Below, one piece after another: positions 25,370 through 35,379 of a stretch of 42,421 nucleotides of DNA. A program made the position numbers and the translations under genes. This stretch comes from a virus, in UHGV virus genome UHGV-0165032; one strand, written 5' to 3'. Positions within the stretch are counted from its first letter, which is position 1; the number at the start of each line of letters is the position of its first letter. Under the pieces are notes generated by a model. It had not been told where the DNA came from. It was given only the letters and a program-made list of their open reading frames with translations, and made no database searches.

Positions 25370-25846
25370 GTGGTGAATATGTATAATGCCACGGTGACAG
25401 TTTTTAATTACTATGAATCATCCACAACTGGCATTGGTATTTGGTATCCCCATGTATTATCTGGTGTTGACCTTAATACCGACAAAGGCGCAATACTAAA
25501 AAAGTATGGGGTAGATAGCACGGATAATGCCGAATTACACATAGTTTACGAATTACAAGACGGTAAACAGATAATCCGCGATGCAGACGGTAAAGAATTG
25601 CCGTGGCTTCCTCCGAAGGAGTGGAGGAGACAGGTAAATGATTTGTTAGACGATACCATTACCTTTGATTTTTCAGACGATTGTTTTTTTTGGGAAGGAG
25701 TATGGGATAATGGCCCGGTAAACGAGGAAGATTATCGTGACGGTTTTTATGCCTATATGAACAACCGGAACGACTTCGTATATTTGGTATCTTCTGTTGG
25801 AGGTCCATACTCTGTGATTCCTCACTTTGAAATATTGGGTAAGTAG
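25370..25846 (+). CDS. head-tail joining / head closure protein (position-based)
   Basis: gene order between connector and major tail protein. Confidence 0.4.
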   Translation: MVNMYNATVTVFNYYESSTTGIGIWYPHVLSGVDLNTDKGAILKKYGVDSTDNAELHIVYELQDGKQIIRDADGKELPWLPPKEWRRQVNDLLDDTITFDFSDDCFFWEGVWDNGPVNEEDYRDGFYAYMNNRNDFVYLVSSVGGPYSVIPHFEILGK

Positions 25847-25847
25847 T

Positions 25848-26339
25848 ATGGCAAGCAAAACAACACATTTTAAAGGATTTTCTGTTGTTGATGGTGATAT
25901 CAATATCAAGCTCAATTTATCTCGATTTGACAAGCAATTTCAGTGCGCGCAGTATCAGCTTGACGGAAATGTCATGAATAGTATGGTCCCTTTTATGCCT
26001 ATGGTTACAGGCGATTTTGTGGATGTTACCAGAGCAGCGAGCGCCGCAGTACAAGGGAGCGGAAAAGTATATGCCGCATATGGACCTGCTGGTCGTTTTT
26101 TATATCAGGGTAAAACTATGGTTAGCGCTGTTACTGGTAGTACCTGGGCTACAAAGGGTACTAAAAAGGTATTAGTAAGCCAATATGGAGGAAAAACCAA
26201 AGCAAAAGAGGATTTACAGTATACAAAAACAGCGCATCCTAAGGCGCAGGCTAAATGGTTTGATGCAGCCAAAAAAGCAGACGGTAAATCATGGATAAAG
26301 CAAGCCAAGAAAACGGCTGGAGGTGGAAAGCGTGGATGA
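25848..26339 (+). CDS. tail completion / minor structural protein (position-based)
   Basis: gene order; Lys-rich C-terminus. Confidence 0.4.
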   Translation: MASKTTHFKGFSVVDGDINIKLNLSRFDKQFQCAQYQLDGNVMNSMVPFMPMVTGDFVDVTRAASAAVQGSGKVYAAYGPAGRFLYQGKTMVSAVTGSTWATKGTKKVLVSQYGGKTKAKEDLQYTKTAHPKAQAKWFDAAKKADGKSWIKQAKKTAGGGKRG

Positions 26340-26838
26340 TGAACGAAAACCAATCGGAAAAGATGCAAGCGGTTATGATGTATTAACGACCGCGGTAAAG
26401 GCTTTGCTTAATCAATTTCCAGGTTTATATGAATATGAAGCTGTTAAATTTGAAGAACTAGAAAAAGATTACGGAATTGCATTTTCGGCAGATAACGGAG
26501 CTTTAATCTTTTCTGAAACAGAGGACGTGATTGGAGGAGTTCACCAGACCTGCCAGTATCCTTTCTATATTATATACCGTACATCATCCACAAAAGAGCG
26601 CCAGAAAATGAGCATACAGGAATTTCTTGATACATTTGGAAAGTGGTTATGCCGGGAGCCGGTTGTGATTGATGGGAGTGAGCAACGATTATCAAATTAT
26701 CCCACATTATCCCAGGGAAGGAAGATAACCAAAGTTACCCGTGATAACTCTTATGGCCTGGAACCGCAGGAAAGTGGTGTGCAGGATTGGATACTTCCGG
26801 TATCGATAGAATATAAATATGATTTTGAAAGATGGTAG
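26323..26838 (+). CDS. tail completion / minor structural protein (position-based)
   Basis: gene order; GTG start overlapping the previous gene. Confidence 0.4.
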   Translation: MESVDDERKPIGKDASGYDVLTTAVKALLNQFPGLYEYEAVKFEELEKDYGIAFSADNGALIFSETEDVIGGVHQTCQYPFYIIYRTSSTKERQKMSIQEFLDTFGKWLCREPVVIDGSEQRLSNYPTLSQGRKITKVTRDNSYGLEPQESGVQDWILPVSIEYKYDFERW

Positions 26839-26856
26839 AGCCAGACGCTAAGACGC

Positions 26857-26887
26857 AGAGCCTTGTGTGATGGCTCTATTTTTATTT
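26857..26887 (+). terminator. intrinsic terminator cagagcc-ttgtgtgat-ggctct-ATTTTTATTT
   Basis: stem-loop plus T-run upstream of the major tail gene. Confidence 0.5.
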
Positions 26888-26902
26888 GAAAGGAGAAAGA
26901 CA

Positions 26903-27430
26903 GTGGCAACATGGACTTATGCCGATGGAGAGGCAAAAAGAAAAGACTTTATGGTCTTTTGGATAACTGATGGAAGTACCACAAATATCACAAAAGATAA
27001 ACTTGAGATTATTGGAAAAGGCGTTGAAGATATGCCGATTTCGATGAATCCAGAGACGGAAGAAAGCCAGGATGTGCTTGGAAATAATAACTATGACATC
27101 ACCGGCTATGCAGAAAGCATGACAGTGGACCCAACCAATGTATCTGGAGAAAGTAAATACGCTCAGAAGATAGATACGCTCATGGAAGAAAGGGCAACTC
27201 TGTCAGATTTGAGATTGAAATATCTCTGTGTAAAGCGATACAAAACCGATAGTACCGGAAATATGCGTGCATGGGTGCAGGAGGGTGTTGTTGAGTTGGG
27301 AGACTTTGCAGGAGGCCTGAAAGGTGTTTCTGCAACGCATACGGTGCACTATGTAGGTGATAGGACTCTTGGCGCTGTAAACCCTACAACGATGACTTTT
27401 ACGGCTGATGGAGCTTCTTTGTCAGAGTAA
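26903..27430 (+). CDS. major tail protein
   Basis: AGGAG SD then GTG 26903. About 175 aa, directly upstream of the chaperone pair and the tape measure gene. Confidence 0.6.
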   Translation: MATWTYADGEAKRKDFMVFWITDGSTTNITKDKLEIIGKGVEDMPISMNPETEESQDVLGNNNYDITGYAESMTVDPTNVSGESKYAQKIDTLMEERATLSDLRLKYLCVKRYKTDSTGNMRAWVQEGVVELGDFAGGLKGVSATHTVHYVGDRTLGAVNPTTMTFTADGASLSE

Positions 27431-27443
27431 AGGAGGATAAATT

Positions 27444-27914
27444 ATGCCTAATATTCCAATAAATATTGAAAGCCCAGTTAAATACTACGATTTTACGGAC
27501 CAGCATGGAGATGTGCTGGCAACTTTCAAATTTGTTCCAACCGACCTTGACATATTCGAGCGGCAGCAGAATGTGTATAAAGCATTCGAGGATATGTGGA
27601 TGGAATTAAAAACAACTCTTGATAACAAGAAGAAGGAAGAAATGTCGTTAGAGATAATTAATAAATATGCAAAGTCGCTTCAGGAAAAATTTGATTATCT
27701 ATTTAACGCAGACACTTCTGGCTTCTTCAAAATCGCCAGTCCATTTACCCCTATGGAAAATGGCGACCCTTGGGCGCTGGTGATACTTGAGAGCGTTAAA
27801 AAAATTATAGAGCAGGAAACGGGTAAAAATTTCACGGAAATGGAAAGTAAAGCCGGGAAATATACACAACAGTATAATGCTGGTCCTGGAAAATATCCAT
27901 TTCCTGTTAAATGA
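27444..27914 (+). CDS. tail assembly chaperone (G-like)
   Basis: position upstream of the tape measure gene; acidic. Confidence 0.6.
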   Translation: MPNIPINIESPVKYYDFTDQHGDVLATFKFVPTDLDIFERQQNVYKAFEDMWMELKTTLDNKKKEEMSLEIINKYAKSLQEKFDYLFNADTSGFFKIASPFTPMENGDPWALVILESVKKIIEQETGKNFTEMESKAGKYTQQYNAGPGKYPFPVK

Positions 27915-28468
27915 GTGCAGCGTGGTCCCTCCCATATTCTCTCTCTGTTAATGGGGTAAATTATGAAATTCGTGAGGACTTCCGGGCAATATTAGATATT
28001 TTATCAGCCTTTGCGGATGAAGAATTGTCTGACCCAGAGAAAACACAAGCAATGCTTGAAATTCTTTACTGGCCCGTTATCCCGCCTCCGCAGGATTTAA
28101 CAGAAGCGGCAGAAAAAGCATTATGGTTTATCGACTGTGGTGTGGTGCATGAAGATACTCCATCACCGCGCGTAATTGACTGGGAACAGGACGCAGGAAT
28201 TATTTTCCCGGCGGTTAACAGGATTGCAGGGTTTGAAACACGCGGATGCCAGATAATCCATTGGTGGACTTTCTACGGATGGTTCACGGAAATTGGGGAC
28301 GGATTGTTTTCTCAGGTCCTTTCTATCCGGCAGAAACTGTCAAAAGGGAAGCGCTTAGAAAAGTGGGAGCAGGAGTTTTTACAGAACAATAAAAAGCTAT
28401 GTGAACTTGAAAAATCCACTGACAAATCTAAAGAAGAATTTGATTATTTTGCAGAGTTGCTAAAGTGA
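27911..28468 (+). CDS. tail assembly chaperone, -1 frame partner (GT-like)
   Basis: Overlaps the G-like gene in the -1 frame, the canonical G/GT arrangement. Confidence 0.5.
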   Translation: MSAAWSLPYSLSVNGVNYEIREDFRAILDILSAFADEELSDPEKTQAMLEILYWPVIPPPQDLTEAAEKALWFIDCGVVHEDTPSPRVIDWEQDAGIIFPAVNRIAGFETRGCQIIHWWTFYGWFTEIGDGLFSQVLSIRQKLSKGKRLEKWEQEFLQNNKKLCELEKSTDKSKEEFDYFAELLK

Positions 28469-28469
28469 G

Positions 28470-30926
28470 GTGATATCTTTGCAACCTGATGGAACTGTAT
28501 TAATAGATACTAAAATCAAAACGGATGGTGCAAAAACAGGAAGCGAAGATATCAAAAGAACGCTATCCGGCACAATGGATTATATAAAATTGCTACCTCA
28601 GGCTTTTAAGGATATTCCAGGCATTATGAAACATACATTTTCATCTGCTTCTAAATCCATACAAAGTCTTGCTCCAAGTGTACGCAATTTGCAAGATGAG
28701 GTGGACCAATATAAAGATGCATTGTATTACGCTGAAAAGGCTGGTTATGGACTTGGCGATGCGCCATATGACAAGGCATTAGCAGGATTGCAGCGGGCTA
28801 AAAAAGCAATGCAGGATTACAAGAAAAAGTTGCTCGGTGTTGATAATGAACAAAAGAAGGCAAGCAAAAGTGGAAGTAAGCTCAATAAATCATTAAAAGG
28901 TACTGAGAAAGCATCCCGAGGTGCACGAATGGGATTGGGCCGAATGCTTGCAACATCTATCTTATTTAGCACTGTTTTCCGTGCCATTTCCGCAGTAACG
29001 GGCGGATTAAAAGAAGGTATGGATAATCTGGCCCAGTATTCAGATGATACCAATAAAGCGTTATCCATGCTGATGTCCAGTATGACCCAGCTTAAAAACT
29101 CTTTTGGCACAGCCTTTTCCCCGTTGGTGGAATACGCAACTCCGGCCCTGGCACAGTTTATCAATTTGCTATCCCAAGCCGTTACCTGGACGGCGCAACT
29201 GCTGGCGGCATTAACTGGTAAGGATACATTTGTCAAGGCGGTTAAGGTCCAGCAGGATTACGCGGACAGTCTGGACAAAACCAAAGATGAAACAAAAGAT
29301 GCAGCCAAAGAAACAGAAAAGGCATTAGCACCATTTGATAAGCTGATACAGATAACAACGGGAAAGAAAAAAAGCGAAGATAAGAACGAGCTTAAACCAG
29401 AGGATATGTTTACCACGGAAGAAGTATCCAATGATATTAAGCTACAGGCAGAGGCTATAAAGAATACGCTTGGGAAACTGTTCGACCCGCTTAAAGAATC
29501 ATGGCTTGAAAATGGCCCACAGGTAATGAGTTCGTTGCAAAATACATTCTCTGCTATTAAACAGCTTGCAAGTGATGTAGGCGCATCGTTTATGCAGGTG
29601 TGGAATGTAGAGGGATATGGGAAAGCAATCACGGATGATTTGCTAATTACTTTTGCAAATCTGGTTGATACAGTTGGTAATCTAGTTACAAACTTTGATA
29701 AGGCGTGGGTATCTGGAGATACTGGAACAAACATTTTAAGGCATCTTGGGGATATTATTCTTGAGATAACAGGATTTTTCCGTCAGGCATCAGAAAGTTT
29801 AAAAGAATGGTCTGCGGATTTGGATTTTTCACCTTTATTGGAAAGCTTTGACAGAATTTTAATTTCTGTAAAACCTATTGTATCAGATGTTGGAAACTTG
29901 CTATTGTGGTTTCTTAACGATGTACTACTTCCAATTGCAAAATGGGGAGTAGAGCAAGCGTTGCCAGCCGTATTTTATTTAATTGCAGCAGCCCTGAAAG
30001 CAATACATAGTGTGATTGATGCACTGAAGCCATTGGGAATATGGTTATGGGAAGAATTTTTACAGCCATTAGGAGAGTGGACCGGAGCAGTTATCATAGC
30101 TGCATTAGAAAAAGTTGTTGAATGGTTGACTAAATTTTCGGATTGGGTAAGTCAAAACCAGACATTGGTGGAAAATATTACACTTGCAGTGCTGGCATTT
30201 TTTGCAGCGTGGAAGTTTTCAGAATTTGTATTGGGAATAGGACAATTAATAAGCAATCTTGGAGGATTTTTAGCAATTGGAGAACGTGTTATTTCACTTT
30301 TAGCAAGAACTGTATCAAATATAAATCCACTTGTCCTTGCTATATCAGGCATAATATCGCTGATTGCTGTATTGGCCAAAAACTGGAACAACATGTCCCC
30401 AACAGAAAAAGTCATAGCAAGTATACTGGCAGCGGCTTCAGCAGTAGGAATCTTGGCGGTTGCTTTGGGCGCTTTGGCTGGTGGTGTAGGCGCTGGTGTT
30501 GTAGCTGCTTCATTAGCTGCTGGAATAGCTGCTGCTACAATAGCAATTAATGCTGGTAAGCGTGCTGCATCTGCCGGATATTCTGGTGGGTATGGAGGAA
30601 GAAGTGCCTACCCCATGTCTGCCTATGCAGCAGTCCCATATAAAATGCCAATGCTTGCAACTGGTACAGTAGTGCCACCACGGGCCGGAATGTTTGCTGC
30701 TATCCTGGGAGATAACAACCGTGAAACGGAAGTTGTATCTCCGCTATCAACTATGAAGCAAGCTCTTAAAGAAGCACTGGCAGAAAGCAATATATCAAGC
30801 GGAAACCAGATTGCTAAAGCGGAGCTAATACTTGATGGTACAAGATTTGGTCAGCTTGTAGTCAAATTCGGAAACAACGAAAAGAATCGTGTGGGTGTAA
30901 GAATGGTTACGGAGGGAAGCGTATAA
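28470..30926 (+). CDS. tail tape measure protein
   Basis: 818 aa, helical, with a hydrophobic Ala/Gly-rich TM-like block near the C-terminus; GTG start. Confidence 0.85.
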   Translation: MISLQPDGTVLIDTKIKTDGAKTGSEDIKRTLSGTMDYIKLLPQAFKDIPGIMKHTFSSASKSIQSLAPSVRNLQDEVDQYKDALYYAEKAGYGLGDAPYDKALAGLQRAKKAMQDYKKKLLGVDNEQKKASKSGSKLNKSLKGTEKASRGARMGLGRMLATSILFSTVFRAISAVTGGLKEGMDNLAQYSDDTNKALSMLMSSMTQLKNSFGTAFSPLVEYATPALAQFINLLSQAVTWTAQLLAALTGKDTFVKAVKVQQDYADSLDKTKDETKDAAKETEKALAPFDKLIQITTGKKKSEDKNELKPEDMFTTEEVSNDIKLQAEAIKNTLGKLFDPLKESWLENGPQVMSSLQNTFSAIKQLASDVGASFMQVWNVEGYGKAITDDLLITFANLVDTVGNLVTNFDKAWVSGDTGTNILRHLGDIILEITGFFRQASESLKEWSADLDFSPLLESFDRILISVKPIVSDVGNLLLWFLNDVLLPIAKWGVEQALPAVFYLIAAALKAIHSVIDALKPLGIWLWEEFLQPLGEWTGAVIIAALEKVVEWLTKFSDWVSQNQTLVENITLAVLAFFAAWKFSEFVLGIGQLISNLGGFLAIGERVISLLARTVSNINPLVLAISGIISLIAVLAKNWNNMSPTEKVIASILAAASAVGILAVALGALAGGVGAGVVAASLAAGIAAATIAINAGKRAASAGYSGGYGGRSAYPMSAYAAVPYKMPMLATGTVVPPRAGMFAAILGDNNRETEVVSPLSTMKQALKEALAESNISSGNQIAKAELILDGTRFGQLVVKFGNNEKNRVGVRMVTEGSV

Positions 30927-31336
30927 TGGCACAGAATGGAAACGGAGTATTTACCATAGACGGAGTTAATCTCCGCCTATGGGTAAAATCCTTAAAACGG
31001 AATTTTTCGGTCACAGATAGTGAAAATTCTGGACGTTTGCAGTCTTACCGGATGCACCGGGATATCATTGGTACATTTTACAATTATACGCTTGATATTG
31101 ATGCGGAAAGAAGTAATCCGGCTGACTATGATACGTTTTATGAAATCATATCTGCTCCGGTTGAGTCTCACGATATGGTATTTCCTTATGGACAGGAAAC
31201 CAAAGAGTTTGAGGCATACATAACAAGCGGGGATGATGAAATAAAAATCAACAAGAATGGAAAAGAAGGGCAGCGTAACCATTGGACCGGGTTATCTATT
31301 ACCTTTACCGCTATGGAGCCGCAGAGGAGGCCGTGA
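30926..31336 (+). CDS. distal tail protein (Dit-like)
   Basis: ATG overlapping the tape measure stop (TAATG); position. Confidence 0.5.
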   Translation: MAQNGNGVFTIDGVNLRLWVKSLKRNFSVTDSENSGRLQSYRMHRDIIGTFYNYTLDIDAERSNPADYDTFYEIISAPVESHDMVFPYGQETKEFEAYITSGDDEIKINKNGKEGQRNHWTGLSITFTAMEPQRRP

Positions 31337-31337
31337 T

Positions 31338-33134
31338 GTGTTTTTAAAGCAATCCATATTATCTGACGCAGAACAGAACACTGAGGGATTAAAGATTGTT
31401 TATGACGACTTGGCCCCTTATGCCAAAGAAAATAGTACAGCATCCATTACAAGACCTGGATTAAGACCGAGATTAGGGCTTCATCCAGGCCCTGGTTTAC
31501 ATCCGCGTGGGACGATAACAGAGCAAGAATTCCCGGAATTAAAGCGGGATGATATTTCTTATCCCGGATACGCTCTATGCTTTCCACGGTTTTCTTTATT
31601 AAATGGAAAGTATATTAATTTTCCAGATAATCCGCTTCCTTACGGATACATAAGCCCGGAAGTATCAAATGAGCAGGGATTGTTTGGGTATGTTAAGCAG
31701 ATCCAGGGGCTTAAACCTCAAATGGGTTTGCATCCAGGAATGTTTTTATACCCGAAATCAACAACTGAAACATTGATTGAATCCCCCATGTTAACAGTGA
31801 CATTTAATCAACAGAAATTTACCAGTGTAGGGCTGCTTTTTACTTTTAATATGATGTCGGGCGATTATTGCACCAGAATGAGAATTAAGTGGTACTCGGA
31901 TAATAATCTATTGTCAGATATGGAGTTTTACCCGGATTCAGTGCGATATTTTTGTAATAATTATGTGAGAGGATATAACAAGCTGGAAATCACATTTTTA
32001 CAGACATCAAAACCAATAAGACCAGTATTTGTTACCAGAATAGATTATGGAATATACCGTGATTTTCTGGACAACGAATTATTGGAAAGAAACTGTTTGC
32101 AAGAAATCAATGCAATATCAGAAAGCATAAGTATTAACACTTTGAATTTCACGGTCCGGACAACATCCAACATACCGTTTGATTTACAGAAAAAGCAGAA
32201 ACTTACTTTATATTTCAACGGTGAGTTGATAGGAAATTTTTATCTTAAAAACGGCGCAAGGAAAAACAAAACAGATTACCATATGGACGCGCATGATGCA
32301 GTGGGTGTATTGGATGGTAATGAGTTCACTGGAGGAATATATACAGGCCAGCCGGTTTCTGAGGTATTAGAGAAAATATTTGAGAATGAAGATTTTAATT
32401 ATTTGTTGGATGAATCATTCTCAGATATTCCGCTTTATGGTTACATACCGTATACCACAAAGAGAAACGCGTTAGTATACATATGCTTTTCTATTGGAGC
32501 TATTGCAGATACAAGCAATTACGATGGAATTGTTATATATCCGCAAGAAAATGCTTTGAGTGATGAATTTTTAAATGATGAAGTATTTTCTGGCGTTACA
32601 TTGGAGCATTCTGATATTGTCACTGGAATCCGCTTGACAGTCCATTCTTATCAGAAATCAAACGAAACGCAGGAATTGTATAATGATAATTTGAATGGCA
32701 CGGCAGAAGTTATTTTTAGTGAACCTTATCACAGTTTGGAGATAACTGGTGGTACCATTGCTCAGTATGGTGATAACTATGCCTATATAACTGGAACCGG
32801 TGGCAATGTAACACTAACTGGTAAGAGATATAACCATCTTACCACTTCAATCCTTAAGGAAAATCCAGATATTGTATTTAACAAAAATATTCGCGAAGTG
32901 ACAGATGCAACATTAGTTTATAGCGGAAATGCGCAGCAAGTGCTTGACCGCGTATATGCATATTACCAGCGAGCAGAAAATGTGGTGGGGGATGTGCTTG
33001 TTGGAACGAAAAAATTAGGACAGAAAGTCAAGATTGATACAGATTACGATGGATACCGCACAGGTATCATTGAGAGCTATAATTATAGCTTTTCTCCCAA
33101 CGAAATTAAGGCAGAGGTAAAAATACATGAGTAA
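31338..33134 (+). CDS. tail-associated / baseplate hub-like minor structural protein (Tal position)
   Basis: large ORF after Dit; GGAGG SD then GTG 31338. Confidence 0.5.
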   Translation: MFLKQSILSDAEQNTEGLKIVYDDLAPYAKENSTASITRPGLRPRLGLHPGPGLHPRGTITEQEFPELKRDDISYPGYALCFPRFSLLNGKYINFPDNPLPYGYISPEVSNEQGLFGYVKQIQGLKPQMGLHPGMFLYPKSTTETLIESPMLTVTFNQQKFTSVGLLFTFNMMSGDYCTRMRIKWYSDNNLLSDMEFYPDSVRYFCNNYVRGYNKLEITFLQTSKPIRPVFVTRIDYGIYRDFLDNELLERNCLQEINAISESISINTLNFTVRTTSNIPFDLQKKQKLTLYFNGELIGNFYLKNGARKNKTDYHMDAHDAVGVLDGNEFTGGIYTGQPVSEVLEKIFENEDFNYLLDESFSDIPLYGYIPYTTKRNALVYICFSIGAIADTSNYDGIVIYPQENALSDEFLNDEVFSGVTLEHSDIVTGIRLTVHSYQKSNETQELYNDNLNGTAEVIFSEPYHSLEITGGTIAQYGDNYAYITGTGGNVTLTGKRYNHLTTSILKENPDIVFNKNIREVTDATLVYSGNAQQVLDRVYAYYQRAENVVGDVLVGTKKLGQKVKIDTDYDGYRTGIIESYNYSFSPNEIKAEVKIHE

Positions 33135-33564
33135 GTATTTAGAATCCCTTATTTTTGACCGTACGCAGTCAGACATAATAGAATTAACCGACAAGGCTTA
33201 CATTGATTACAAAGACCTAAACCGTGTCGAACAGGCAATCAAATGGGTATCTTATGTCCTTAATCAGTACGGATATAGAAATACGATTGTATCTAAGACA
33301 TGGAAACCGCAGGACCATAGGACGGATTACGAAATGGACCGTCTGAGAAAAAATATAGTTGCAATAAGGAATGCATACTATACAGACAGCAACACCCCGC
33401 TAACCCCTGATAAGATAACATACACATCAATTTATCAGGCCAACGCTATAGAAAGAATCATTTATGATTTGGGGAATCTGATTGTAAAATCCTGTCCAGG
33501 TCCAAACCATCTTGCATTCACACTCGGAAGGAAAACATTAGGAAACAGGAGTATAAGCCTATGA
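33127..33564 (+). CDS. tail / baseplate component
   Basis: overlapping-gene series in the tail module. Confidence 0.4.
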   Translation: MSKYLESLIFDRTQSDIIELTDKAYIDYKDLNRVEQAIKWVSYVLNQYGYRNTIVSKTWKPQDHRTDYEMDRLRKNIVAIRNAYYTDSNTPLTPDKITYTSIYQANAIERIIYDLGNLIVKSCPGPNHLAFTLGRKTLGNRSISL

Positions 33565-34028
33565 GTTTGAAAACTGATTATAAAAATGATAAATTTTCTG
33601 GAATGCGTAAATACAAAATTGAAACTGATTCTGAAACCGGACTATCTACATTGGATGATAAAACCGAATATGTGGAGGTAGGGGACATATTCTCTGCTGA
33701 TGATATCAATAATACAAATAAGGCCATTAACAAGATAGAAGGAACAGTTAATGATATGATTGGGGCAATCAGGCTCGATTTCCCTAAAACTGGGTGGAGC
33801 ACCCAGGCACCATATAAACAGACTGTAAACAATGCGGGTATAAATGATACGGATGTCCCAGTGCCAATGTTCGAGTATCCTGTCATTAATTCGGAACAGC
33901 AACAGAAAGACGTGGACAGAAGCGTGGGGTATATCACCGACATAACAACGAATAATGGATCAGTGACCATTACATGTAATTATAGGAAACCAACAGCAGA
34001 TTTCATACTTGTATTGAAAGGAATATGA
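33561..34028 (+). CDS. tail / baseplate component
   Basis: overlapping-gene series in the tail module. Confidence 0.4.
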   Translation: MSLKTDYKNDKFSGMRKYKIETDSETGLSTLDDKTEYVEVGDIFSADDINNTNKAINKIEGTVNDMIGAIRLDFPKTGWSTQAPYKQTVNNAGINDTDVPVPMFEYPVINSEQQQKDVDRSVGYITDITTNNGSVTITCNYRKPTADFILVLKGI

Positions 34029-34450
34029 CAATGAGAATCGGATTACCGTTTAAAGGAAGTGGGGTTGATGTGACCGGCCTAACCGCTACATCACCAAGAG
34101 TCAGAAAAGGAAAAACATTTTATGGAGCTGGGACTGATAATGAACAGTCTGGGACAATGCAAGATGTTGAATCGATTAATAAAAAGATGGACGTAAATGA
34201 AACATATAATATTACGCCTGGATACCATGATGGAAATGATACATTCTTCCAAAACCTTGAAACATACAGAGGTGGATTTGTTGACCCTGGTCCTGGTAAA
34301 CAGGTGATTGAAACAAAAGGAAAATACGTAATGTATGATATTATTGTATTGGAAGTAAGCGGATTGCGACCGGAAGTGATAAAATATGGCGTGACTGTTG
34401 GTGAAGGTGAAGGGGCGGTAACTGGTACATGGCAGGGTTTTGTAAGTTAG
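34025..34450 (+). CDS. tail fibre-associated protein (paralogue A)
   Basis: shares the ...PGY..G...GPG...I..K.KY...DI.I...P..IK.G..V.G.G.G...G.W.G.V pattern with the next gene. Confidence 0.45.
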   Translation: MTMRIGLPFKGSGVDVTGLTATSPRVRKGKTFYGAGTDNEQSGTMQDVESINKKMDVNETYNITPGYHDGNDTFFQNLETYRGGFVDPGPGKQVIETKGKYVMYDIIVLEVSGLRPEVIKYGVTVGEGEGAVTGTWQGFVS

Positions 34451-34458
34451 TGGAATGG

Positions 34459-35370
34459 ATGGTGTATATGGCGAAGTTGGCGTTACATAAATTTGGTAGT
34501 CAAGCGAATCTGGATGACTTAACAGCAATGCCAGAGGATGTATTGGAAGGTAATATATTCCTTGGGAAAGGAAGCGAGGAGAAACAGACCGGAACACTTC
34601 CAGACAAAAAATCCCCAACAATTATATTGTCGGCAAACGGGGAAATAAAACTTGAACCTGGATATTATTCAGGTGGGAAAATCACCCAGAACATTGAAAC
34701 ATTTGATGCACAGACAATCGGTCCTGGAGCAAAACAAATCACGGTCAAGACTGCTGGAAAATACGGGAATGGTGATATCACTATTAATCCGGTTAAAAAC
34801 CTAACCCCTTCGGTCATTAAGAAAGGTGAATATGTTGCAGGCGTAGGTCCTGGACTGTGGGAAGGATATGTAAATGAGGACCCATATACCCCATATCTAT
34901 TCGGGACATTTTCTGGCTCACAGGGTATTACATATTTTAGGTATACAACATATAGACAAGGTACTGGTACGGTAAAACTGTCAAAGGACCACATAGAAGC
35001 AAGTGCAGGTTCAGGAGAAACAGTCGCATTTGTTTTTGACCTACCCATCAACCTTACAAATGTAAAATCGGTTACGGTCCAAATGTCTGGAACCGGAAAG
35101 GTTTGCAAGGTTATGGTATGCCGGAATAGGGTGGAAAACTATATTGAGGAAGCATATCAGTCCGGTTCAAGCGTGCAATATAGATATAATCCGAATCTAG
35201 GTGACATATTACTTGATGGGTCAATTGGAAGAAGTAGCTCTTCCGGCGCTGAATGGGAGCAAGAAAAAACATTTACCTTAAGCGGAATAACTGGCAATGC
35301 CTACCTGTATATTGGAGCTTCTGGGGCTGCGTTTGACTACAATTTATATTTGGCTAGATTTAATCTGTAA
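34459..35370 (+). CDS. tail fibre / receptor-binding-associated protein (paralogue B with a C-terminal extension)
   Basis: N-terminal region paralogous to 34025..34450. Confidence 0.45.
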   Translation: MVYMAKLALHKFGSQANLDDLTAMPEDVLEGNIFLGKGSEEKQTGTLPDKKSPTIILSANGEIKLEPGYYSGGKITQNIETFDAQTIGPGAKQITVKTAGKYGNGDITINPVKNLTPSVIKKGEYVAGVGPGLWEGYVNEDPYTPYLFGTFSGSQGITYFRYTTYRQGTGTVKLSKDHIEASAGSGETVAFVFDLPINLTNVKSVTVQMSGTGKVCKVMVCRNRVENYIEEAYQSGSSVQYRYNPNLGDILLDGSIGRSSSSGAEWEQEKTFTLSGITGNAYLYIGASGAAFDYNLYLARFNL

Positions 35371-35379
35371 GGAGGTTAC

